DNA of 64,000 nt from Phallusia mammillata. Its lineage: Eukaryota. Below are positions 31,224 through 43,230 of the stretch, one piece after another; position 1 is the stretch's first letter; the number at the start of each line of letters is the position of its first letter. A program made the translations under genes and the position numbers. Below the pieces are notes generated by a model that was not told the DNA's origin, ran no database searches, and was given only the letters and a program-made list of their open reading frames with translations. The stretch spans positions 17,422,001-17,486,000 of the forward strand of contig OZ281501.1 in assembly GCA_965637545.1 (NCBI GenBank), written 5' to 3'.

Positions 31224-34200
31224 ATGTCGCTTCCAACAAGTGGAATGCCTGCGTCCACACCCTCCAGTATGCCGTCAATGTTCACACAATCCAATCAGCG
31301 CTTGCAACAAGGAGCTATGCCAATTATGAACATTAGGAATATGGTCCCAGTTGGACCCCAGCACTTTGGAATGGGTCCACAGGGTGGGCTGATGCAACTC
31401 CCCCCACACAGCATGATGCTCCCTATCAAAAATTCAGATCGTGGATCAATGGTGTCGCACGACCTCAACCCAAATGTAGGTGTAAATCTGGTCTAATTGC
31501 TACCTTTATCAGTTTAAAAATGGTACCATTGAAGTGTGGTTAGTTACTATGACTAAAAACATATTTTGAGTCTTTGTTTGCTAGTTTCGTACTTTGTTTA
31601 TTTTTGTGGAACAGATGATAATTATGCGGTTGAACTGAGACATAAAATTAGTTCTTTACGAAATATAAGCATTAATTTGTGCATGATGTGGTATATACCC
31701 GAACACATTGTTACTTTTAATTTGTAGACTTCGACCCTATTTAAAATATGCACCCAAGTGTTAAAATAAATCTACCAAGAAGTTTGTAATGATGAATTAA
31801 AAGATGCAAATGCTACTGTTGGGTTGTGTAACATGTGAACATAAAAAACTATCTTGTTTTTGTTTAGTCGTCACCACTAAATGGGCAGTCATCATCTCAA
31901 CAACAAATTCCAGACAGTAGCTCAGGTGGTCAAGGTAACCAAACATTTCAAAATAAATTGTTGTCTCTGCAAATTTAACACGAAAATGCAAAGTTTGCAA
32001 AACTATTAGCAGAAGGTATTTCTTCAGTTTAACCCAAATGTTTTCTTCAATTTATACTTTGTTTTATTTTCTGTGCACACACAACTTATATCTTTATAAA
32101 TAAAGTAATAAAATGTTTCTGATTTTATGCTGTATGGATTTATTTTTACAGTATAGGTGTAAAAACTGTTAATATTCTATTTATTGTTTTTGTATGTGCA
32201 GGGCGACCAATTCAGTTTGACAATATTCACGTTAAACAAGAAATGGGGCTTCCAGGTCAAACCTCCGCTCCTCTGCAGTTTCCACAACTTTCGTCAACAG
32301 ACAATCAATCGCTTAATCATTTGCCGAACCCATTTTCGGTTTCGAGCAGCCCTTCAGTTTCTAAACATATTTGTGCTGTTTGTGGTGACCGGGCATCAGG
32401 AAAGCATTATGGGGTGTACAGTTGTGAAGGATGCAAAGGTACAAAAATGTTTTGCAACTTAATGTACTTTTAGTTATTTTGTGTTTCTGTAGTGGGTACT
32501 TTTTGTTTTAGAATACTTTTAAGTTATTTCTTTGACAAAATGCGGCAATTGCTATTCTTCAAAAGTGTTTTTTTATGCTCATTGCTTGGATGTAATCTTT
32601 GTCTGTCTGCCAAACATCACAAAGATAAACCCATTTAATTCTCACAATTTTCAACTTTGAGACCACAGGCTTAAATAAGATTTTGATTGGTCTGCAGTCA
32701 CTTCCCAAAATACAAACTATTTTTTTACACCATATTGTTAAAATCATTGTATACTTCCATACAGACCAGTCATAGTTATATATCCTAATATAAAAAACAA
32801 TACCTTAAAAAGCCAGAAAAATGTTGTGTTAACAGTTTTCATTGTTGCAAAAATTTTCCCTTTGGTAACTGTACTACATTCTTGTACAGGATTTTTTAAG
32901 AGGACTGTGAGAAAATTGCTAACTTACACTTGCCGTGATGACAAAGACTGCGTAATTGACAAGCGGCAAAGGAACCGATGTCAGTACTGTCGATATCAAA
33001 AATGTCAAGCAATGGGAATGAAAAAAGAAGGTACCAGTTAACCCTATAGCTTAAAATTAAATTAACAAAAACAATAAAGGGTAATTGATAAAAGCTGTTA
33101 TCTGTAATCTGATTTTAAGAATATCGACCCTTTTGTAAAAACTGGGTTAGTGGCTCAAATATGCCTAAGTGTCGTTCTGCAAATGTATGTTGTTAAAAAA
33201 ATGAAAAGTTTTACACATATTTACATATTTCTTCATTTACAATAGGCACTTTAGTTTAAAAATAAAGGTTTAACCTCAGTTGGGTTGTAGGTTAACTGTG
33301 ACAAGCATAGATTAATTTTGATTTTTCCACTGTGAACATTTTAACCTATCTTAGATCCACCTTAGAAATTATACTGTTAGCCTGTAGTTACAGGATTGTT
33401 GGTATTACGCTTTAACCATTGGCTGTAGTTTCCTGATAAATGGTAATATAGGTGCAATGCGAGGTCAGGACCTTTTGTCCTCTGTTGCCCAAAGTAGTTC
33501 CTTCCATTTTATGCCGGTTCAGTGGTTATTTTTATTTCAACATGGTTTAACCCCCGGTATGGGTCGTGACTGCAGTAAAGCCAGACACTTAAATCTATTT
33601 TTATGCATACCATGCAAGTTAGTTCTTTTATTGTGGCTATTTAAAAATTCTGCAACGTATTTACATGCAGATTAGCATGGCTACAGTTAAAAGTTCATTT
33701 TAGTTTACTTCTATACTGTGAACACAACATATACTTGCAAGACAAATATAAATATATACTGTTCTTTGTTTATATATATGTGTATAAACTTAATATATGC
33801 ATTCCATTGGTTATGTCTACTGCAATATTTAGGCAGCATACTTGCTTAATAGGTAGAATTGTATGTCACATATCGCTTATATCTTGGAAATTTTTATTGT
33901 GGTATTGCCTACATGTCTTGCTATGTACTGTATTTTGGCAAAAATTGTAATCCAGTACCACCAATACTTTTTATTTTTTGCAGTGGTTCCCCAACCGAGA
34001 ATTTTTAAACTTAATAATCTACTTTAATTTAAATTTGTGGCTTGTAAAAACACTTAAACTCTGGGAATATGACCTGTAAAGTTGATAAAATACCCAATTT
34101 AAAGTGATCTTTGTGTGGTTTAGCATCTACTATGTAGTATATCGGGGAGAAATGAAAAAAAAACTTTTAAGGGAGAAATTTGTAGAAAAGGTTGGGAACA

Positions 34201-37200
34201 AATGTGTTAATTACTTGTTGCTTGTTTTGCACCGCAGCAGTACAAGAAGAAAGACAAAAGAATAAAGAACAAGATGAAATGGGTGAAGTGAATCCAGCTG
34301 ATGAAATGCCAGTGGAAAAAATATTGCAGGCTGAGTTGGCTTCTGACCCCAAACCAGAAGATATTATCAGTTTACAGGAGGTAAAATGCCAGGAATGGCT
34401 TATATTTAACATAGTGCATGGTGTCTTACAGTGACACTACAGTACTGCTTGTTGTGTTCATTGGTCTAGTATTATTGTTTGCTTTTGGTATGCCTGTATT
34501 GAATTAGTGTATGTTTTTTGTTTACTTGTTACCATACTATCCTATATTTTTTACCAAATTTAGCCCAGTTAAATATGAATGAAATCGATAAACTTATAAA
34601 AAAAATAATGTTTTAAAGGCAGTTTTGATCTAGATTAGTGTTTCTCAACTGGAGTACTTTTTGGGTGGTCCACAGGATTATAATTATTTTGGTGAAAACT
34701 GGAAATACTTGGATATAATTGATTCAATATTCAGCACGAAAAAAGCTTATCCAAGTTATTGGCTATTTATGGATTTGCTGTCAGTTGTTTGATATCACTC
34801 CTCAAAATTCTGTATTAAAGTAATATATTTCAAACCAATATTCTTGTTGTGGGTGCTTTCTTTATCCTTATTTGACAATGGACTGGTCCATGATATTCAT
34901 TTAAATTGAACTGGTGGTCCATGGCCTGAAATGAGCTGAGAACCACTGTTGTAGACTGCTAAAATACTAATATTTCATATTGCACCTTATTCTTGACAGC
35001 AAAAATAATTGATGCAAATATATTTTGTTACAGCCAATGGACTCTGATGCCAGTGTGTGCAAAGCTGCTGATCACCAATTGTTCACGTTGGTAGAATGGG
35101 CCAAGAAAGTTCCTCACTTCTCTTCTCTTATATTAGATGATCAAGTCACATTGCTAAGAGCAGGTCAGTTGTTACTCTGCTATTGTTTAGGCCAGTGGAT
35201 ACTGAAGGTGCACTCCCGAAAATAGCTATGTGACCCCTGAGAATCATAATTTCATGGCTATCTTTTCAGTACATACACATATGGTAAAATTTGGACAATT
35301 TCATAGGAGCATCCTGGAGTAAAAAAGAAACACTGGTGTAGATACACTGAAATCTATCATATACAGTGATACTAAAATAGTATTATTGTAAAAAAACAGT
35401 GAATTTTTAGCCATGCTTTGTTTAATTACATAACTTCATGTTTTCAATGAACAACTTATGATGTCCTACACTGGCTTTACAATAACCACATTTGTATTCT
35501 TGATTGTCATTTAGCTGGTTGAGATAGCTAACGTTGTTTACTCGTTAGGTCATTTTGTTTGTTACGATGCTTTAATGCGCTTTAATTGCTTCACTTTATA
35601 ATTTTTGTTGTTATGCCCTAGTGGCACATTGTTGAATAAAGCCAAGAAGCCTATATCGTTCGATTCCGGTTTTAAATCTTTAAGTAGAGAACCAAGTCAT
35701 ATACAAACCATATTTCACGTCTAAGGGACCGCCGCAAAAAGGTCATTAAAAGGTTAATGTTAGCTTGGCTCATGCAGAGGTTACTGCAGGTCAACTTTTA
35801 GGTACTGAGTAAGACGGTTGAAAATGATGTAATGCGCTTATGCTGTAACGCACCTTTATGAATTGGCCCTGTTCATTTAGCTTGGACATCTCTACCTAAT
35901 ATTGATGTTTGACTATTTCGGTTCTAGGTTTGTTTTCTGAAGTAATTCATATATTTTTCAGTCGAACATTGGTTTAGCCGTGTAATTATTAACACTTAAT
36001 TATCATTTTTTGCCTTCAGTTTCAGTCTTTAAATGATAAAATTTATCATTAAAACATTTGTTGCTGTAAAAATTGAGATTTTTCTGTGTTAGGCATGCAC
36101 GGCTTATTGTTTTAATCAAACCTGTAGCACGTTTGGAAAATTGTAGAACTTTAATTCACGGGCCAAGAGCCAGTCGATAACGAAATTAGCGCAAATATTA
36201 TGTCGCCCTTGATTGGCTTGTATTACACGTGCTTTTCCAGTAATACCAGTGGTAAGCGGTTGTTTGTCGCAAGTTGTTTGACGTGTCGGCCACACTTTGG
36301 ACTTTGCCACTGGCTTCGTGACAGAATATAAATCCCTCATGTCAATAAACTGCGGATCTCAAATCTATCTTAATACACCTAATCCTAATCAAATTCTCAA
36401 AAAAACCGCAACTCTGCTCTTCAAAAGTAGCCCAAAACCCGCATACAAAGTAGATTTAAAAACTAGCCCCAAAAGCGCAACTACAAAGTTAATTAAAAGC
36501 AAGTCAAATTTTAACGTCATTTAAATACTAGTAAAGACACATGCATGTAAAATAACAAAAAATGTTCTTTTAACAACCCGCTAAAAAAAGCTAAAACCGC
36601 AGCTTTTTGACCGAAAAGAGCCCAATTGGGTAAAAAAAACGCCACCCTAAGAAAAAACTGCACCTAATAATGCTGGTATATGTTCTTAACAGGTTGGAAC
36701 GAGCTTCTTATAGCGTCTTTTAGTCATCGGAGCATCGAAATCCCAGATGGCATTATTCTGTCCTCTGGTTTACGTGTCTACCGGCAGACTGCTCATTCTG
36801 CGGGCGTCGGGGCCATTTTTGACAGAGTTCTTACTGAACTTATTTCAAAGATGCGTGATATGAATATGGACCGCACAGAACTTGGCTGTTTACGTGCTAT
36901 TGTGCTTTTTAATCCAGGTATGTTGACTAAGTACAGCAAACTTCGGTTAATCCGCACCCGTTTGGACCCAAAAAATTGTCCAGATTATGCGAAGATCCGG
37001 ATTAACCGATGTCGATTAGTTCAAGCCTTGCCACATTACAAATCATTTGTACCTCAAGTTTTGTCCGGATTATGCGAAGATCCGGTTTAACCGATGTCGA
37101 TTAGTTCAAGCCTTGCCACATTACAAATCGTTTGTACCTCAAGTTTTGTCCGGATTATGCGAAGATCCGGATTAACCGATGTCGATTAGTTCAAGCCTTG

Positions 37201-38862
37201 TCACATTACAAATCGTTTGTACCTCAAGTTTTGTCCAAATTAGGCTAAGATCCGGATTAACCGAATCCGTTTTAACCGAGATTTACTGTATTTCGTACAT
37301 TTGTGCAGTTTTTTTTTATTGATTTTGGTAAATTTTCCCAGCCAAGTAGAATATGTTATTTTTAACATTATCATTTCATAAAATTGTGTAGAAAAGTAGA
37401 AAAAACAAAACATTTGTTATGAATAGTGATTTTTGGCAGGTAAGGTTTTAATAAATTATTTAAACCTAATAAGTTTTGACAAATGACAAAATTCGGGATT
37501 TAAATTGCTCGTATAATCACCTAAAATATATCTTTATGTTACTTTCTTATTCTATTTTTGAGTCTTGTCTCTGCTATAAATAAAAAGTCTTTTAGTGCAT
37601 GTTACGGTACACTAGGTGAATGTGGATTCACTTTTGACCTTTATATATACCGTATTTTACGGACCATAAGGCGCAATCTAAATCCTTTTCCTTCCTCATA
37701 AATTGATCGTGCGCCTTATAAGCCGGTGCGCCTAATGTATGGATCAAGTAGTGCTTAATTGCCTAGGCTACACTCAAAACCAGTACCGATACTATCATTA
37801 TATAAATAAACCACCGTCTTACACAAAAACTATGGTAAACGCAACTACCAACTGTGATATTCAGAGCATTATACGGGACTTTACTGAGCTTTATACGGTA
37901 ACCCATACTCCTTAAAATACGTTGCGTTCTATAGTCCGGTGCGCCTTATGTATGAACAAAAAACTAATCAAAGCAATTTATTGACAGTGCGCCTTATAAT
38001 CGGGTGCGCTTTATGGTCCGTAAAATACGGTAAGTGATACATGCTTTTTTGCCATCCAGTTTAAGAGACACGGTTAATGGTACAAAAGTTCCCTTTAAAG
38101 AGTTCAAAAATACCCTGTCCTCTCACTAGTGTAAGTCACACAGCTTATAAAATACCTGCGGTCGTTTACCTGGCTTAGGGACTTTTTACTGTATCAAATC
38201 TCCACCACTTGTGTTAAACGGTTTTCGTCTGTACCAGTTACGCCTAGTGTACCTGAGGAGTTTGTTTGGTTGGTAAACGCTTATCCATATAAGGTTGACT
38301 TCCGTAGATTTGCAACGATCTGCCATCATTGTGGTAAACTTGCACGATTTAGTATATCCGAGCAACGTAAAAACTTGATAATAAACTTATAAAACTTAAA
38401 ACTAGGTATTTCTACAACTACTGTTTTTCAAATTTAATCAATCGTTTTTGCCAGTAACTCCATATGTTTAAAACGGTCTCACATTCGTGCCAATAACAAC
38501 ATCATGTTTATGTTTCAGACGCAAAGGAGCTTTCTGATCCAGTTCAGATTGAGCAACTTCGCGAGAAAGTTTACGCTTCTCTCGAGGTTTACTGCAAATC
38601 CAAATATCCGGAGCATCCTGGTCGATTCGCCAAATTGCTCTTGCGCCTTCCAGCCCTGCGCTCTATCGGCCTCAAGTGTCTAGAGCATCTTTTCTTTTTC
38701 AAGCTGATCGGCAACACACCCATTGATCAATTCCTTATGGACAAATTATCAACGGACGATAAGGGAAACCACCGTGTGGGGCAGCACCAGTCCGTTGGCA
38801 TTTCAGTGTCGCCTTCATCGACGGCCGATATGGCGTCAACGTCGGCCGTATCGTCGCTCTAA
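31224..38862 (+). CDS. RXR: Retinoid X receptor (NR2B); exons 31224-31479, 32202-32438, 32890-33030, 34238-34380, 35034-35163, 36693-36917, 38519-38862; 491 aa
   Basis: [34 protein letters not shown]...CRDDKDC...[12 protein letters not shown]; T-box KKEAVQEERQ; [73 protein letters not shown]. Confidence 0.98.
34636..34948. mobile_element. hAT-type MITE in RXR intron 4
   Basis: TAGTGTTTCTCAAC...GCTGAGAACCACTG imperfect TIRs. Confidence 0.6.
35740..35793 (+). promoter_or_regulatory. Candidate nuclear-receptor elements in RXR intron 5: DR5 (35740-35756) and DR4 (35778-35793)
   Basis: AGGTCA-ttaaa-AGGTTA and AGGTTA-ctgc-AGGTCA. Confidence 0.4.
36934..37288. mobile_element. Tc1/pogo-type MITE with internal 85-bp tandem triplication
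   Basis: TA|CAGCAAACTTCGGTTAA...TTAACCGAGATTTACTG|TA; units start at 36981, 37066 and 37151, with a partial fourth at 37236. Confidence 0.85.
37650..38030. mobile_element. Tc1/mariner-pogo-type MITE
   Basis: TIR CCGTATTTTACGGACCATAAGGCGCA...TGCGCTTTATGGTCCGTAAAATACGG flanked by TA on both sides. Confidence 0.92.
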
Positions 38863-41800
38863 GTAGACGCCGGTGTATATAGAGATGGCCCTTCTCGTTT
38901 CATTTGCTCTATCACTTCGCGAGTCGGTTTTCGTTTGCGAAACACTTTTGTGGTTCACGGTGGTGTTGGTAATTAAAATGACCGTGGAAATACAAGCTCG
39001 CTTACGGGGCAAAATAAGACTTAAAAGTGTTTCCTGCGTCGCTAAATTGTTGTTTTTTTAAAATGCGAAACACTTTTATGGTTTACAGTGCAAAATTTTG
39101 AACCTCTTACTTCGCACAAAGAGGTAAAAAGTGTTTTTATTATTCCTTTTGTGTTTTTTAGCCTTACTGCTTAAAATTTGTGCCGAATCTCAACGTTTTT
39201 GTCTAAGTAACTCATAAATTAACATTAGAACTCACATTCGACAAAGTTTTCTGAATACCGTGGCATAAAGAGCACTGGCGATTACTTAAACGACCTTTTC
39301 CAAAAAATAGTTTTAAACTTAAACTAAAAATCTAGTTTCCAACCCTATTACTGTCTTAATGACTGTGCTCTTTACGCCACCCATCAGCATTTAGCAAACT
39401 TTGTCTTTAGCGAGTTCTTATGTCAGTAGTTCAACCAATTAACCCCAATTTGTGAGCATCCGTCCTTTAACATGTCCAGGTATATCGTGGCTTTGGTTTA
39501 ATTAACGAGTTTCTAGTCCCAAGGTGTTCAGGTGGGCCCAATATGACATTGTGTCACATCAATACCTGCCTTTGGCTGTCAACATCCAAAGTTCACTTGC
39601 ACATGACCCTATCCTTTTTGTGGCGTCATTGTCGCCATCATCTACGTCATAATAACCTTTCGTGGTTGTGGTTTAACTTATAAAGCATCGAACCTTTCAT
39701 TTCATTGCACTGATCTCTATCGAGTGTTTGTCATTTGTATGCTTGTGACATATTTTGCTGTGTAATTAGGCGATTAGTTTGCTGTCAAATAAGTAATTTA
39801 AGCTATAAAATAATTTGTGCTGCACGTCTAATCATAAAAGGGTAAAAACAGGAACGGATTAATTAGTGCCTTTTGGGGATTTTTGCGACGTTTGAAATGT
39901 CGCCATGCAATATAGAGGAAATACTGTCTATGTGTATTTATGTGTTGTTTCTTTCCATCATCGGTGACGTCACCATGGCAATGACGCGTTGCGATCTTAA
40001 TGCGTCAAAATTGCTTTCACTAAAAAGTTTGAATAATTGCGTTTTCCATGATGCAATTATTTTTTCCTCAAATAAGCCTCAAAAACTCAACTTTTTAAGA
40101 CTACAAATGTTTATGGCCAATTGCATTTCTGATTAAACAAACTTTTTCTGCTTTTAAACAGAAATATTGCTTGATAGATTCCAGTTTGGGACTCTGTATG
40201 CAATAAAACAGAATATCCGATTAACCGGATTCGTGTGTAACGCTTTAGTTAAACTTGATTCGTTAAAAACTCTTTTGATAAACAAAAAACGCTTTCAAAA
40301 GTTTTTTAACAATCGGTTAATGGTAGCATTGGAAAACATATCTTTGTAAATTTTACTGGCCATAGCGAGTATAATAACCCGCTTAAAGTCAGCCTTACAA
40401 CAGACGTATAGCTACCGCATCGCAATAATAGATAAACCCATATTTATTAAAGCAGTGCAAACGAATTATCAGTTGCGTCCTGTTAGCAATGGTGCATATG
40501 ATAAAGGACTGTTAATTTGACCCTAAAGCCAAAAACGGTTTCTTAAAAACATCGGTATGAGCGAAAAAAACAAAACAAAAACATCGGTAACAAAACGAAA
40601 ATATGCATTACCGGATCTTGGATTAAGGCTTGTTTTAATTTAAAAACGAGCTTTAAAAATCCATTTTAGCACGTGTACAATGATATAAAAGTGTGTGTTG
40701 CACATAATATTAATACAAAAATTTCTGCTATATGCCTTGTACATTATTACTTTTCCCAAAATACAGATTCGTATTTTGTCTATGTTGTCGGTATTCTGAA
40801 ATTTTGTCATGACTAGTCCCAAATTGTCAACTGCCTTTCATCAACTAGCACAGCAAAGTTATGTAAAAATAAATCCACGGAAATTTGTCTTTTGCTTTTT
40901 TTCTAATGCTCTGCAAAATTGTATCCCCGTTTTTTCAAACATGTGGATCTTATAAAAGCAGTGAAGTATTTTTATCGTTTTACATTTTCATCGCGAATGT
41001 CGCTCATTAATTTTGTTGCCTTGTTCAGAAAATACAAATGTCCAACGCATATTGGTTTTGTCCATTAATGCCTCAGTTCTGGCACCAAATGTTTTATGCC
41101 ATGTACTATATCACTACAACCGGCAGTATATCAAACCAGCGTTTTTATCGCGACCCAAAAGGGTGTATTTTTCAGGGGGGCAAGAGTGTAGGCCTTAATT
41201 AGTTACAGACAACAAAAAGACGCAGCAAAAGACACGTGTAACACTTTTAAATGATTAAAATTACCACTTAGTACAATCTATAGTGACAAGTGTGTCATTT
41301 TCTTGTCACCCCCCTTACTATTACACAAAATGTTTCTCTTTTTTCGGTAAGCAGGGTTGCTTTTAAGAGGGCCCAAGTACTAGACTAGCAACTGTATGCA
41401 CGAAAGAAATAATTAATTGATTTGTGTTGCTTCGAGAATTAATGCTGTGAATAACTTCTCTATGTTCAAAGAAGATCATGTCGTAAAACAAATGGTTTAT
41501 TCAGAGTTGATTAGTTCCACAATTTCAAACGAGTCTTTTGCCTGTTATGACAGTCATAAAATTCATGACCCATTTCAACGCGCTTTTGTATTTTTGTTTT
41601 TTGAACAATGATTTACAGCTTTGCGTTAGTTATAAATTTTACAAGAAAGAAACGTTTTGACGGAGCCGACATATTGGCAAACAATAAACATTGTCAATTA
41701 GGTCCTATTCTTAACAATATTAGTTGGCACAATAGAAAAGTACTTTATTTCATTGGAGCAACACGTAAATTACAGAGAAGAAAACAGGATATTTATTCAT

Positions 41801-43230
41801 CACGTTGTTATAGCACCTTCAATGTAAGTTTGAGTGAGGAGCTACATATCCTGCCGTGGCTCTAATGACAAGCTGGTTGTATTGACATAACTAGCGACTC
41901 GTGGCATCTGGGCCTTTTTCTCATAATCAGCTGGTTGTTTAGCAACAGATGGTCAATGGGTCGCTATTGGCTGTCCGGCCACTCAGCAGCAATTGAATAC
42001 ATTCGTCAGTGATATCAGAGAAAGCTACTTCCTGCTAGTAATTGCGTCATATCGTGCAGTACAGCTGCTGCTGCAGAGTTTTGTTGTTGTTTAAACTTTT
42101 CATTATGCTGTCATAAAGGTGTGTGTCTTAGGCTTACTGTGTCAGGATTTTTAGCAGAAGCAAGACTATATAGCAGTTTCAATTAGCTTTAAAATGGCAA
42201 ATTGATTAAGCTGTAGCAATAGATAGCAGCAAAATACATATTACAAAAACTTACTGTGGTGTATCAACAGTTCTACTACAATTTTGACCAGTCATAAGAT
42301 TGAAAGCAGGGCAATTATATGGGAATTAGTATTTCAACACGTGAGCTATATCCTCCGAATAACAAGACAGCTGACCTAATTAGCATGCTTTGGAGCGCGC
42401 TGTCATGTTATTAGACACGATTAGACAATAATTAGTGATTATTTTTTCAGAAAGAATGGTTTTGTTTCTTATGAATCCCAGCTCAAAGTATTTCAACGTC
42501 ATTTTTACCAGCAAAATTGTCAGAATACTAGCTTTATACGCTGAAAGCTGACAATTTATCGTGAAGATTATGTGAAGACTGATATGCCAGTTTCTGTTAC
42601 CACCAGCATTTTGCTGTTTACAAATTTCACCCCTTGAATTGCAGTACAATAGGTGATAAAATGCCAGGATGATGTCAACCAATTGCTGCTATTATTTGTC
42701 GCCTTTTGTTTTGGTTCTTTTGAAAACGCCTCTACAGTAACGTAGCAGCCGGCGACCACTTGACATATTTTCGAAAAACGCTGTGGTCGAACGATAGCCC
42801 CAAGGGCCAACGATCGTTTCTGACTGTTTGTCTTTGAAAGGAATATGGATCTTTTGATGCTTGAAGCAGAAGTAGGCCCTTGTCTACAGTTGTTGTTTGT
42901 TTATTAGCAGTTTACAATGTTTTCAGACCAATGTTGTTGAAAAACCTTTGTAATATAATTAAAGTTTACCCGTTAGTGTAGTCTGTATAGTTGTGCTGAA
43001 GACTGATTGTGGTAATGCAGACAAACATGGCGATCCTTTTATTTTGCTGGGCATGAATAATTTACCATTTTAGCAGATGCTAGGCAGTGCTACGTTCTAT
43101 TGCAGATGAAGCCGTGTTTAAATGCACAGTGGTGAGATATTGAGCTCATTGCAGGACAATAGTCTTTGAACTGTTGTGTATTTTAATCAATATTTTTTGT
43201 GTTTTTTAGAAAACTATATAATTTAGGTAC

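Noticed and set aside
41860-42900. GC-richer stretches upstream of the LRR gene as an extra gene or pseudogene
   Set aside because: All frames I translated close early and show no recognisable motif.
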